From assembly GCA_963804165.1 (NCBI GenBank), contig CAWDPO010000006.1:224001-288000 (forward strand): a DNA stretch of 64,000 nt. The letters run 5' to 3'. This document shows, in pieces, positions 1 to 11,684 of this stretch. The translations under genes and the position numbers were made by a program. Each line of letters starts with the position of its first letter. The stretch's first letter is position 1. The notes beneath the pieces were generated by a model. That model did not search any database. It was not told where the DNA came from and saw nothing but the letters and a program-made list of their open reading frames with translations. The stretch comes from an uncultured delta proteobacterium (GTDB lineage: Bacteria; Desulfobacterota; Binatia; UBA9968).

Positions 1-542
1 GAACTTTTCATGATCCGGCCGCGAAACCGGCGCGCCACGTACATCAACAAGACGAACGGTGCCACAGCCGCCAACGTCATCCGCACATCCATCGAAAACA
101 TCAGTGCCATCGCGTACACGTAATAGAGCGGCGCGTTGACGAAATTCAGCACTCCCGGACCGAGCATGACCCGCACCGCGGAGATATCGTTGATCACCCG
201 TGACATCAGGTCGCCGGTTCTTTGTTTGTGATAAAAGGACAGCGGCAGTTTTTCGAGATGAGCGAACAGATCGTTGCGCAAATCGTATTCAACGTTGCGC
301 CCGGCGTTGAAAATCAGCGCCCGTGAGTAGGTGCGGACAAAACCCTGCAGCAGCGCGGCGCCGATAATCAGCATGGCATAGTAATTCACGTCGCTGAGCG
401 CGCCGCCATGCTCGATGGTGCGCACGGCCTCGCGAATCCACCAGGGTATCCACATCACCAGCGTCGCGGTGCCGAGAAGGCACAGCCCACCGAACAGATA
501 ACTCCGCCAGTAACGCCATAGGTATTGGGAAATTCGGCGCAT
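1..542 (-). CDS. ABC transporter fused permease/ATP-binding protein (MdlA/MsbA-like), N-terminal part, runs off window
   Basis: Manual translation from ATG at 542: MRRISQYLWRYWRSYLFGG...GRNVEYDLRNDLFAHLEKLPLSFYHKQRTGDLMSRVINDI; TGDLMSR is an ABC transmembrane type-1 signature. Not in the ORF track. Confidence 0.85.
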   Translation of the reverse strand, partial: MRRISQYLWRYWRSYLFGGLCLLGTATLVMWIPWWIREAVRTIEHGGALSDVNYYAMLIIGAALLQGFVRTYSRALIFNAGRNVEYDLRNDLFAHLEKLPLSFYHKQRTGDLMSRVINDISAVRVMLGPGVLNFVNAPLYYVYAMALMFSMDVRMTLAAVAPFVLLMYVARRFRGRIMKS

Positions 543-673
543 GTAACCCCCTTAGGATACTCTACGGTGTTCCTAGTCGCAAGAAAGAGTGTCGAATCAG
601 GCACCGGCCGGGGGCAATGCGTGGGCAAATTCGATCTCGCGCTTGACAACTCGAAGGCACTCCCTAATAACCA

Positions 674-2522
<1,849 letters not shown>

Positions 2523-2527
2523 GTCGA

Positions 2528-2932
2528 CTAATTTTTTGCGGGAGGAGCCAATAGCTTTTCGCAAAACTCCTTCTTTACAAACAGCACGGAAAGTCCCGCA
2601 GAAGGCGCCCTGACCTCGACGGCGGGCGATTTTCCCGTCTTAATTCCTTGATCTCACTCTTGTGACCGGCCGCGCGAAATTTGTCGACCAGTTGGTTGAT
2701 AGGGAGTTTGAACGTCGCCGTACTCCGGCCCCTTCCTGGAAAGAATCGAGGTCGGGGCACATCCGCCCTCTCGCCCCGCGAGAAACCATGATCCTGCGTC
2801 TTCGGTAACAGTCGGTGACTGCAAAGCCTTTGGCTTGTCAGGTTCCTGCCCATGAACAAAGGACGGAATCCCAGTAAGACAAAAGAACAGAAGCCACGAG
2901 ACTCTTGCACCTGTCGAATTGTGGATCGCCAT
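2528..2932 (-). CDS. Hypothetical secreted protein (frameshifted)
   Basis: Signal-like N-terminus (WLLFFCLTGIPSFVHG); reading appears to continue in other frames (LVDKFRAAGHKSEIKE; KTGKSPAVEVRAPSAGLSVLFVKKEFCEKLL) to TAG at 2528-2530. Confidence 0.5.
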
Positions 2933-2953
2933 ATTTCCGCCGCAGTCCTTAAA

Positions 2954-3316
2954 CTAATCCGAATGGAGCGCAACTCGATTGCCCTCGCTGTCGATGACGA
3001 CGGCGCGAAATCCGAACGGGCCGATGGGATGTTTCGACTTGAGGACCTTGCCGCCGTTCGGCGCCACCGCGCCAATCGCCTCGTCCAATCGGCCGTTGGC
3101 ATTCAAGTAGATCATCGCGCCTTTTTCCGAAGGCTTTTCTTCCTCGCTTGCAAATAAACACCCGCCGACTTCGCCGTCGCCGTGGGGCAAAATGCCGATG
3201 GTCATTTCGGGAAATTCTTGCTTCGTCACCGGCTGCCCCAACACCGCGGAATAAAATTTCACCGCCCGATCCAAGTCTAAGACGGGAATGTCACACCACA
3301 CGATTTGATTGGCCAT
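2954..3316 (-). CDS. VOC family (glyoxalase/bleomycin resistance) protein
   Basis: IVWCDIPVLDLDRAVKFYSAVLG ... GGKVL ... GFRAVVIDSEGNRVALHS. Confidence 0.9.
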   Translation of the reverse strand: MANQIVWCDIPVLDLDRAVKFYSAVLGQPVTKQEFPEMTIGILPHGDGEVGGCLFASEEEKPSEKGAMIYLNANGRLDEAIGAVAPNGGKVLKSKHPIGPFGFRAVVIDSEGNRVALHSD

Positions 3317-3429
3317 AAGTCACTCCATTTACATACTTGTCCGGAGTAAAGTGATCAGCAGCAACGAGATAGACAGAATAACTGAAGCTGTCACGTACAG
3401 GATTTGAAATAGCACGACAAGCATATGCC

Positions 3430-3581
3430 CGCTGATGAGCGAATTCGAAATAGCGAACATCGAGACCCGCGCCTTCGAACAAGCCGCCTAAAAACCGCGC
3501 GCACTCGCGCTCGTTGCCCGGCGGATTGATCGTGTTAAATGCCAATAGCTTGCATGTGAGCGACAGCGGATCATGTGTCAT
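3430..3581 (-). pseudogene. N-terminal remnant of M20/DapE-ArgE family peptidase
   Basis: MTHDPLSLTCKLLAFNTINPPGNERECARFLGGLFEGAGLDVRYFEF; start overlaps the upstream stop (ATGA); similarity is lost after about 50 codons. Confidence 0.7.
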
Positions 3582-4576
3582 CGCGACGTTGTCCCGCCCC
3601 ACAGCTTGTCGAAAAATCCGCTTTTCTCCAACTCATCCAGATAGCGTCGGTCGTAGAGATCCTGAGGCTTCAATTTTTTCGCCCGCGGATCGGCCGGCGA
3701 GATATCGTCGAGGATTGCCTGCACGGCTTCCAGCTTGAGTTCCATGCGCGGCTCGAGAGCTTTGATCTCAGCGTTATATGCCTGATCCAAAACCTTTCGG
3801 TCTTCGATGCGCAAGTACTTGCTCAAAACTTTGATGACGACCTCTTTGTCGGTATGCAAAACTTTGGAGGCCTCGGCCATCGCCCGCATAAATCGGCCGA
3901 TGATCGGGGAATTTTGCGCGATGAACGAACGCCGCGTAATCAGCGAGACCGCGACCTGCGGGATGCGCAGGTCCGGACCGTAGACGACATAGATGTACCC
4001 TTGCGAAATCGCACGCGCGTCCCACGGCGCCGACATGGTTCCCGCGTCGATGGCGCCGGAGAGCAGCGCGGCGAGCATTTCCGGTGCTCCGCCGGTTTGG
4101 ATCATCGAGTAATCCCGTCCGGCCTCCATATTGCGCCGCTTGAAGGCTTGAACGGCGAAGTAGTGCGTGGTCGCGCCGATGCGCGTTACGCCAATCTTTT
4201 TGCCACGCAGGTCCTCCAGCCTTTTGATTTCCGGTTTGGCAAGAATGCTCTGGGTCAGATGATTTTTGATTCCCGCGATGAATACAAGATCGTTGTTGCC
4301 ACCCACCACGGTACGTACGAGTCCGACACCACCGTCGATCAATATCTGCGCGTCGCCGCCGAGCATCGCCGCCGTGGCCAGCGGCGAGGTCCCTATATAG
4401 ACAAGCGGAAACTCTAAATTATACTTGCGAAAAATCCCCGTTTCTTGAGCGATCCACGGCATCGACTGCGACATCACCCGCGCGGACTGCACGCCGATAA
4501 GACGGTCTGCTGTCCCGCCGGCAGTGGCAATCAACAACCCGGCGACGGCGCTCAGTATCGACAAACTTTTCTTCAT
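3578..4576 (-). CDS. ABC transporter substrate-binding protein, NMT1/THI5/SsuA-like
   Basis: Signal peptide; WIAQETGIFRKYNL, IKRLEDLRGKKIGVTRIG, LLSGAIDA. Confidence 0.88.
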   Translation of the reverse strand: MKKSLSILSAVAGLLIATAGGTADRLIGVQSARVMSQSMPWIAQETGIFRKYNLEFPLVYIGTSPLATAAMLGGDAQILIDGGVGLVRTVVGGNNDLVFIAGIKNHLTQSILAKPEIKRLEDLRGKKIGVTRIGATTHYFAVQAFKRRNMEAGRDYSMIQTGGAPEMLAALLSGAIDAGTMSAPWDARAISQGYIYVVYGPDLRIPQVAVSLITRRSFIAQNSPIIGRFMRAMAEASKVLHTDKEVVIKVLSKYLRIEDRKVLDQAYNAEIKALEPRMELKLEAVQAILDDISPADPRAKKLKPQDLYDRRYLDELEKSGFFDKLWGGTTSR

Positions 4577-4579
4577 ACC

Positions 4580-4867
4580 CTAACCTCCTCGCGCTCCAAA
4601 CCTCAGTCGTGAAATCCATGGTCGGTCGTTTTTATTCAGGAGTTTTTCCAACGCCTTCGCCGTCACTCGATACTTAAACGCCTTTCTACCGTCGATGAAC
4701 AGCACCGGAACCTCATCGCCGAATTTTTCGCGAAGCTCGTCGGCGCTGTCGATGTCGATGACTTCGACCTCGATCGGAATCTTCAATGCCACATCTGCGA
4801 CGACGGATTTCATTTCATCGCACAGGCAACAGTCCTTGCGCGAATACAAAATTAATTTGCGGTTCAT
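4580..4867 (-). CDS. Glutaredoxin-like (DUF836-type) protein
   Basis: MNRKLILYSRKDCCLCDEMK (CxxC), DIDSADELREKFGDEVPVLFIDG; ATG at 4867 overlaps the upstream stop. Confidence 0.85.
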   Translation of the reverse strand: MNRKLILYSRKDCCLCDEMKSVVADVALKIPIEVEVIDIDSADELREKFGDEVPVLFIDGRKAFKYRVTAKALEKLLNKNDRPWISRLRFGARGG

Positions 4868-7800
4868 TTTGGCGACGGTGCCGCTGGCTCCTTGAGCTCT
4901 CCGGTCTTCTCCCCTTCTCCTAAACCGATGATGTTCTTTGGAATCCCCAGCACGCCCCAAAACCACTCCGACAGCGTCCCGAGCGGCGCCGGCGTGATGG
5001 TCGGATCGTCGATGCGGCCGGTGATGTTGAAGCTCGCGACCAGAAAGGAATTCTTGATGGCGGCGAAACTCCGGCCAAGAAGCGGGATGTAACTCAATCC
5101 CGCGTCGATGCCGGCAAACGGGCGCACGGCGACGACGAAATCGAGTTGGTCTTTGGGCACGTCGATCTTGCCGACGCCGGTCATACGCAGATCGCTGCTA
5201 TCAACGATGAGATTTTCCGTGGAATAGACGCCGTTGGTCACCTTGAAGTCTCCGGTGATGTTGCGGAAACGGATTCCCTGCTTCGTAAGATCCGGCAGCT
5301 GCAAGGTGAACCAGCGCGACAGATCGAGCAAGTTAAGGATCTGCACGACGACGCGCACGCGGTTGATCGTGCCGTCCTCGATCTTGAAATTAAACGCGCC
5401 GTTCAGATTTTGCTTGCGTTCCATATCGTTCTTGCCCACGGTCTCGAGTTTGCCGGTAAGGTTAACCTTACCGGTCATCTCCGCGGTGGTGACGCCGAAC
5501 CAGTTGAGAAAAGCTTGTATGGGCACTCCTTGGACCCGAGGCTCGGCGAGCACGCCGAGCGTATCCGGCTTGTCAAAAATCGTCGTCACTCCCTGAATCA
5601 TGCCACCGACCGAACGCGCGGTCAGATTGGTCAGTCGCCAGACGCGATGATCGATCGACGCGTTGGTTTTCAAATTATCAAACTCAAAATTCTTGATCCT
5701 TCCCTTGTTGAGAGCAATTTTACCGTCGGCGACCAGGTTGGCGTAAAGATCACTCGACTCCGGATCGATCTGCGATATGAGATAAGTGATGTCGAGATTG
5801 GGCGCCGCGAAATCGAACAGCAATTGGGGCGTTTCTTTAAAGCGCCAGCGGCCGCTGGCGCTTGCCGGAAATCCGACGAGAGAGGCATGGATGTTTTGAA
5901 AGTCGACGCCGCTTTCATCTATTTTTATCCTGCCGTTAAGTTCGCGCAGGGGCTGCAGCAAGGGGTGGACGATGAGCTGCACGTTAAACAAATCCAAAAT
6001 ACCCGTGAGCTTGCGTTTGCCCTTGTTGCCAAACGACCCGGAGTAGCGAACCGCCCCGCGCACGATACCAGGATCCTTCAAATTGCCGGTTTCAAGGAGC
6101 ATGCTGGTCAGCACGCCCGCTCTCATGCCGTTCGATTCAATCCCTAAATCAAAAGTGCCCTCGTCCGTGCCATAATCTGCGAGCGTGAGTTGAATCTGCA
6201 CCGGCGAGCTGTTTAATTGCGCTCGAATCTTCTCGCCTTTGACCGCTTTCGGCGTCAATGTGAGTTCTCCCTGCAGTTCGCTCAACGCATACTCGTCATA
6301 GCGCAACCGGGCATTATCCAGCGTCACTTTAGCATCGAATTGCACTGGCTCATGGTCGGAGACTTTCAGCGCCAGATCGAGCCCTGAGCGGCCGCTGAGT
6401 TCCTGGAGGGACGATGCGATTTTTGCCGCTGAAGGCGACACCCATCCGGATTTGGCTTGCTCCTTTAGTTCCGCTAGGTTGATATCGCCGTGAGCACGCA
6501 GGCTAAATTCCCGGCCATCCTTTGGGGATAGACGATAAGTCCCATTCGCATCGGCAAGCGATGAGTCGCCATAACTGGCGCGGAAATTTTGAAAAGCAAG
6601 AACGCCATTTGCCAAACTGACGCGTCCCTGTACACCGCGCAATGGCAGCGCACCCTCCACGGGCAAAGTGCCCGCCATGTCCTTTAGTTCAGCCTCAAAC
6701 CAAATTTGCTTCCCCACCGCGGCCTGAGATAATCCACGAAGTTGCGTGAGCGTCGCGTCGATTCCGGCTTTTTTGATGTCAAACTGGCCGGCCTGTATGC
6801 CGTTGACCATTTTCTCGAGTTGCGGCGATTCGAAGATTTTCAGCGGCAGATATTTGCGCATGGCCGAAACCGCCGCCGACATCCCGGATAAATTCAAGCG
6901 GAAACGAGGATCTTTGCTGTCCCATCCGTCGACCTCGCCTTGCAGAGAAAACTTAATGTCATTGACGCGGAAATCGGCGCGCCGAACTTGCACGGACTGC
7001 CGGCTCCAATTCAGTTCAAAGGTGACGCGGCCGTCCGAGCCAGCAAGCGGCGCTAAAAAAACCTCGGGAGCATCGACTAAAACTTGTTTGAACTCAAGAT
7101 CCCCTTTCAGGTGTAATTGCTCCGCCGGATTCCCTTCCACATGGACGCGTTGCGCAAAATGGCCGGTCACGGACTTGATCGGGGCATGCGCTGCGAAAAC
7201 CTCTTTAACCAGGGTCGCGGGAAAATCCACAAGCTCGACATCGGCGTTCCAGCGCGCCTCGTGCAACGCCAAGACGTCCCGCGGAAAGACGATATGTCCC
7301 AGGGCTTTTAGACTCGACTTGGAACTGCCTTTGAGAACCGTGCCACGGACATCGAACTCCAGCCCCCCGCCACCTTCAGCCGACGGCTGGCGCTTCAAGA
7401 CGCCGGCCATGAAATCGCGCAGGCGCTGCCCGCGCACGCGCCGCAGCTCTCCATGGATATTCGCGAGCTGCCATTTCCCGACGCCGCCTCCCGCCGCATG
7501 ATCGGCAAACTCAATGTCGGCGCCGTCGGCTTTCAGTGAACGCAGATCGAAGCTGAACTCGCCATGCTGTTGCGTCAAAAACGGCAGATTCAACAGCTTA
7601 TCGATCAGGACAAAGCGCCCGTCCGCATCTCGAGCAAACCGCGCCGTCGGCCGCACTAAGCGAATCTCGTAAACGATGACCTGGCGGTGCAACAGCGGTA
7701 AAAGCGCGACCCGCGCAGTGATTCGCTCGGCGGTGATAACGGGTTGCGTCTCGCCGGTTTCCGACAACGCGAGATCGCGAAAAACGATCCCGGTAATTAA

Positions 7801-7983
7801 CCCCATCTCCAAGTCGGCGGCGCCCAGCTGCACTTTCAAATCGGTGTGATTTTGAATCTCGTCGACCAGAAAACGGCGAAATTCACCAACTCGTATCAAA
7901 TAGTAAAACGCCAGGCTTGAAACGATAAGAAACAGAACGAGCGTCGCGCTGAGGAAACCGATCAGCTTCAGGACTTTTCTCAT
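4864..7983 (-). CDS. AsmA-like/YhdP-family envelope protein
   Basis: 1039 aa, N-terminal TM anchor, long beta-rich body, AsmA-like C-terminus (F.NITGDFKVTNGVYSTENL ... ITGRIDDPTI). Confidence 0.8.
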   Translation of the reverse strand: MRKVLKLIGFLSATLVLFLIVSSLAFYYLIRVGEFRRFLVDEIQNHTDLKVQLGAADLEMGLITGIVFRDLALSETGETQPVITAERITARVALLPLLHRQVIVYEIRLVRPTARFARDADGRFVLIDKLLNLPFLTQQHGEFSFDLRSLKADGADIEFADHAAGGGVGKWQLANIHGELRRVRGQRLRDFMAGVLKRQPSAEGGGGLEFDVRGTVLKGSSKSSLKALGHIVFPRDVLALHEARWNADVELVDFPATLVKEVFAAHAPIKSVTGHFAQRVHVEGNPAEQLHLKGDLEFKQVLVDAPEVFLAPLAGSDGRVTFELNWSRQSVQVRRADFRVNDIKFSLQGEVDGWDSKDPRFRLNLSGMSAAVSAMRKYLPLKIFESPQLEKMVNGIQAGQFDIKKAGIDATLTQLRGLSQAAVGKQIWFEAELKDMAGTLPVEGALPLRGVQGRVSLANGVLAFQNFRASYGDSSLADANGTYRLSPKDGREFSLRAHGDINLAELKEQAKSGWVSPSAAKIASSLQELSGRSGLDLALKVSDHEPVQFDAKVTLDNARLRYDEYALSELQGELTLTPKAVKGEKIRAQLNSSPVQIQLTLADYGTDEGTFDLGIESNGMRAGVLTSMLLETGNLKDPGIVRGAVRYSGSFGNKGKRKLTGILDLFNVQLIVHPLLQPLRELNGRIKIDESGVDFQNIHASLVGFPASASGRWRFKETPQLLFDFAAPNLDITYLISQIDPESSDLYANLVADGKIALNKGRIKNFEFDNLKTNASIDHRVWRLTNLTARSVGGMIQGVTTIFDKPDTLGVLAEPRVQGVPIQAFLNWFGVTTAEMTGKVNLTGKLETVGKNDMERKQNLNGAFNFKIEDGTINRVRVVVQILNLLDLSRWFTLQLPDLTKQGIRFRNITGDFKVTNGVYSTENLIVDSSDLRMTGVGKIDVPKDQLDFVVAVRPFAGIDAGLSYIPLLGRSFAAIKNSFLVASFNITGRIDDPTITPAPLGTLSEWFWGVLGIPKNIIGLGEGEKTGELKEPAAPSPK

Positions 7984-8152
7984 GGGGAGAATGGCATCAG
8001 TGAACCCGTTGACAAATTTTCAGTCATGCTAGAGGAAGTTATTCCGCGGCGCAAGGATGAGAATACTGAAGAATTACTCACGTTGCCGCGAACCGGCGCG
8101 GCTGCGGTTTCACAAACGTCAGGATAGCTGATAAAGATATCCGACAACGCCA

Positions 8153-10141
8153 GTGGCTAACACGCGCATCGCATCTCTCAGGGAATTACTTTTCGGCAAG
8201 CCCAAAGATCCGCTCGATCCCAAGGTTTTTCACCAAATATCTTTGGTGGCGTTTTTGGCCTGGGTCGGTTTGGGCGCCGACGGTCTGAGCTCGTCCGCAT
8301 ATGGCCCCGAGGAGGCCTATCTCGCTCTCGGGGAGCATTTCTACCTCGCCCTACCGCTGGCGTTGTTAATGGCGGTCACAGTCTTCGTCATCTCAGCGAG
8401 CTATTCGCAGATCATCGAGCTCTTTCCCACCGGTGGCGGCGGCTATCTGGTGGCTTCGAAATTGCTCGGACCCAAATCCGGGCTGGTAGCGGGCTCCGCG
8501 CTCGTCGTCGATTACATGCTGACGATCACGATATCCATCGCCAGCAGCGCCGATGCCATGTTCAGTTTCCTGCCAATCGATTTCCAGCCGTTCAAGATTT
8601 TCACCCAAGTCGGACTGATCTTAGCGCTGATTTTTTTAAATCTGCGCGGCGTAAAAGAATCGGTTTTATTTCTCTTGCCGATTTTTTTGCTGTTCATCGT
8701 CATGCATCTCTTTGGCATCCTTCTCGGCATCGGTTCCCATCTGACCAATCTGCCGGCAGTCGTGGGCAGTTCGTACAACGAGATTGCCGGTGATTTTCAA
8801 AGTTTGGGGGTCATGGCGACGCTGGCGATCTTGCTCCATGCCTACAGCCTCGGCGGCGGCACTTACACGGGTATCGAAGCCGTCAGTAACGGCTTGCAGA
8901 TCCTGCGCGAGCCGCGCGTGACAACCGGCAAAAAAACCATGCTCTACATGGCCACCTCGCTGGCTTTTACGGCGAGCGGGATTTTGCTCTGTTACCTGTT
9001 AAATCAAGTCAAACATGAATCCGGCAAGACGCTGAACGCAAGCCTGTTTTCAGGAATCTTCGCCGGTTTTTTCGGAGCCGAATCCTCGGCGACGGCGTCG
9101 TTGGTCATTTTGATTCTACTCACCGAAGCGGCGCTGTTGGTCGTCGCCGCGCAAGCGGGTTTTCTTGACGGGCCGCGCGTGCTCTCGAACATGTCGCTGG
9201 ATTCCTGGACGCCACACCGCCTGTCGCACTTGAGCGACCAGCTAGTCACCCGTAACGGTGTCTGGTTCATGGGCTTGGCTTCTCTGGCTTTTCTTCTTTA
9301 CAGCCACGGCGACGTGAGGCTCCTGGTGGTGATGTACAGTATTAACGTCTTCCTTACATTCACGTTGTCTCAGCTCGGCATGTGCCGCCATTGGTGGGCA
9401 GAGCGGCGCTCCGAACGCGCGTGGTTACGAAAATTAGGTATCAATGGTTTCGGACTTTTACTCACCGGAATCATACTTTTTGTAACCACCACGACGAAAT
9501 TTGCCGAAGGTGGCTGGGTCACGTTGCTGGTTACGTTGGTTTTCGTGCTGGGTTGTCAGTATATCAAGTCCCATTACGACCGAGTGAAGACTGCGCTTAA
9601 AAGCTTGGACGATACACTCCTCACGATTCCCTTTCAGCCAAACCTCAAAGAACCGGTACCGCAAAAAAATCCCAGCGCGCCGACCGCGTGTCTGGTGGTG
9701 CGCGATTTCGACGGCATCTCGGTTCACACCTTACTCAACATCCAGCGTCTGTTTCCCAACTACTTCAAAAATGTCGTGTTCATTTCAGTCGGCGTTATTG
9801 ACACGGGCCAATTCAAGGGTCACAGTGAAGTCGAGAGCCTCAAAGAGAAAACTGAGGAGGCGCTCAAGAGTTTTGTCGAATACGCCAATTGCTTGGGCTG
9901 GTACGCGGAGTACCGCTACGCTTTGGGGGTTGATCTGATGGCGGAGCTGGAAGCGCTTTGCGATTCGGTAGCTAAGGAATTTCCACGGGTGGTGTTCTTT
10001 AGTGGCCAGCTCGTATTCGAGAAAGAAAACGTCTTCACCCGAGTGTTGCACAATCATACCCCCTTCACTCTGCAGCAGCGCCTTCAGTTCGCCGGGCGCG
10101 ATATGATGATTTTACCGATTCGTGTTTTTGCCAATGCTTAA
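8153..10141 (+). CDS. APC-superfamily permease, KimA-like potassium/amino-acid transporter
   Basis: About 12 TM segments; ADGLSSSAYGPEE, SYSQIIELFPTGGGGY, GIEAVSNG, KFAEGGW motifs plus a soluble C-terminal domain. Confidence 0.85.
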   Translation: MANTRIASLRELLFGKPKDPLDPKVFHQISLVAFLAWVGLGADGLSSSAYGPEEAYLALGEHFYLALPLALLMAVTVFVISASYSQIIELFPTGGGGYLVASKLLGPKSGLVAGSALVVDYMLTITISIASSADAMFSFLPIDFQPFKIFTQVGLILALIFLNLRGVKESVLFLLPIFLLFIVMHLFGILLGIGSHLTNLPAVVGSSYNEIAGDFQSLGVMATLAILLHAYSLGGGTYTGIEAVSNGLQILREPRVTTGKKTMLYMATSLAFTASGILLCYLLNQVKHESGKTLNASLFSGIFAGFFGAESSATASLVILILLTEAALLVVAAQAGFLDGPRVLSNMSLDSWTPHRLSHLSDQLVTRNGVWFMGLASLAFLLYSHGDVRLLVVMYSINVFLTFTLSQLGMCRHWWAERRSERAWLRKLGINGFGLLLTGIILFVTTTTKFAEGGWVTLLVTLVFVLGCQYIKSHYDRVKTALKSLDDTLLTIPFQPNLKEPVPQKNPSAPTACLVVRDFDGISVHTLLNIQRLFPNYFKNVVFISVGVIDTGQFKGHSEVESLKEKTEEALKSFVEYANCLGWYAEYRYALGVDLMAELEALCDSVAKEFPRVVFFSGQLVFEKENVFTRVLHNHTPFTLQQRLQFAGRDMMILPIRVFANA

Positions 10142-10262
10142 TCGGAGCGCGCTCGGGCAAAAGCGCCCAGCCCGTGGTTTGCTAGGAAGCGGTGGAACTC
10201 CATCGGCGCGAGCGAGATTTGCTTTCACTGAAAGCGCGTACGCCTGAAAATCGATTCTCGCC

Positions 10263-10291
10263 TTGACAGCCTAGAGTGAACTTGTTAGATA
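10263..10291 (+). promoter_or_regulatory. Putative sigma70 promoter
   Basis: TTGACA (10263-10268), 17-bp spacer ending TGT, TAGATA (10286-10291), upstream of the HTH gene. Confidence 0.5.
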
Positions 10292-10341
10292 AAACAGACT
10301 TTTTGCCGACGGTCGTCGAAGCATCGTTGAGGGGGAGATTT

Positions 10342-10536
10342 ATGTTGGAGAGAGAAGAGGAGTTGCTCAACAGCAAGCAAGTCGCCGTCATTCTGGACAT
10401 GAGTCCGGACACGGTGAATGAATTTGCCCGCAAAAATATCTTGCCCGCCTTCAAAAAAGGAAAACAGTGGCGCTTCCGCCGCCGTGACATTTCCGTTTTT
10501 TACAAGAAACAGCCCAAAGATATCCGCGACGCTTAA
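10342..10536 (+). CDS. Excisionase-like (HTH_17) DNA-binding protein
   Basis: LLNSKQVAVILDMSPDTVNEFARKNILPAFKKGKQWRFRRRDI; RBS GGGGGAG upstream. Confidence 0.85.
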   Translation: MLEREEELLNSKQVAVILDMSPDTVNEFARKNILPAFKKGKQWRFRRRDISVFYKKQPKDIRDA

Positions 10537-10553
10537 TCCAGAGGGATTTTGGG

Positions 10554-11210
10554 GTGGGGAAAATGGACGACATCGAGGCGCATGAGAGCAAGTTTTATTC
10601 GGAGTTAGCCCCGCTTTACGACAAAGTTTTCGGTAAGATTTTTTACAGCCGTTTGGAACGAGTCATCGAGGACCTCGACATTCCACCGGGCGCAAAGATT
10701 CTCGAAGTCGGCGCGGGCACGGGAACGTCGTTTCCCGCGTACCCAACCCATTGTGAAATCACCGGTGTCGACCTAGCTCCCGACATGTTAGCGCGTGCGC
10801 GGCAGAAAATTCAGAAGAACGGCTGGTCGCATTTCAAAGTCCTAGAGATGGATGCCCTCGACCTGCAGTTTCCCGACAACACTTTCGATTACGTCATGGC
10901 CTTTCACGTCGTCACGGTCGTGCCGGATCCCATCCGCATGATCGCCGAGGCCAACAGGGTCTGTAAACCCGGCGGCAGGATAGTGATCGTGAATCACTTC
11001 ACCAGCGAGGTTCCGCTTCTCGGAACGATCACGCAAGCTTTAGACCCGATCACGAGACGGCTGGGCTGGCGCACGGATCTCAAATTAAAGCCATTCATCG
11101 AAACCAGTCATCTCAAGGTCGAAAAGATTTATAAGATCAACAAAACTTCTCTCTACACGGTGTTGCTGTTTCGAAAAGAGAACAGGTTCATCACCACTCG
11201 CGATCTCTAA
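10554..11210 (+). CDS. Class I SAM methyltransferase, PmtA-like phospholipid N-methyltransferase
   Basis: LAPLYDKVFG, ILEVGAGTG, HVVTVVPDP, RVCKPGGRIVIVNHF. Confidence 0.75.
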   Translation: MGKMDDIEAHESKFYSELAPLYDKVFGKIFYSRLERVIEDLDIPPGAKILEVGAGTGTSFPAYPTHCEITGVDLAPDMLARARQKIQKNGWSHFKVLEMDALDLQFPDNTFDYVMAFHVVTVVPDPIRMIAEANRVCKPGGRIVIVNHFTSEVPLLGTITQALDPITRRLGWRTDLKLKPFIETSHLKVEKIYKINKTSLYTVLLFRKENRFITTRDL

Positions 11211-11475
11211 CCACAGCGCCGCCTCGCTGTCTCACGTTGCTCTTCTTTACATTTCTCCGCGTCGCTTCAGCGCGCGTCTAAACTCGGGGGATTCCACGAG
11301 TCGCGGACCAACAAAGGACAGGAAACCGATCGAACGATGGCCGCGGTCGGCTCATCGCGTCCAGTCTTTTGCAGCACGAACAACGACAGTTAAGTGAGAG
11401 ACGGGACTCGACGCCAATCGAGACATCGTCCCCGTTTCGAGGTGGGGCAAAAACTAAACAACTTTGGCAGCATCG

Positions 11476-11676
11476 CTAGCGCGGTAAATCTTTGGAGTTT
11501 TCCTTCTTCGCTTCTTTGTCGTCGGCTTCGTCGTCTTCGCCGCCGGTAACGCCTTTTTTGAAATCGCGGATCGCTTTTCCGAGTCCGCTGCCGATTTGCG
11601 GCAATTTACTCGGACCGAAGATCACCAGCGCGATCACCAATATCACCATGAGTTCCGGTACGCCGAGTCCAAACAT
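11476..11676 (-). CDS. tatA: Twin-arginine translocase TatA/E
   Basis: MFGLGVPELMVILVIALVIFGPSKLPQIGSGLGKAIRDFKKG. Confidence 0.95.
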   Translation of the reverse strand: MFGLGVPELMVILVIALVIFGPSKLPQIGSGLGKAIRDFKKGVTGGEDDEADDKEAKKENSKDLPR

Positions 11677-11684
11677 GATTCCTC

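Noticed and set aside
7984-8152. c-di-AMP (ydaO) riboswitch before the KimA-like gene
   Set aside because: The conserved GCUGAAUCC and related core segments were not found.
10342-10536. Prophage or integrative element suggested by the excisionase-like gene
   Set aside because: No integrase, att repeats or phage genes; flanks are housekeeping genes.
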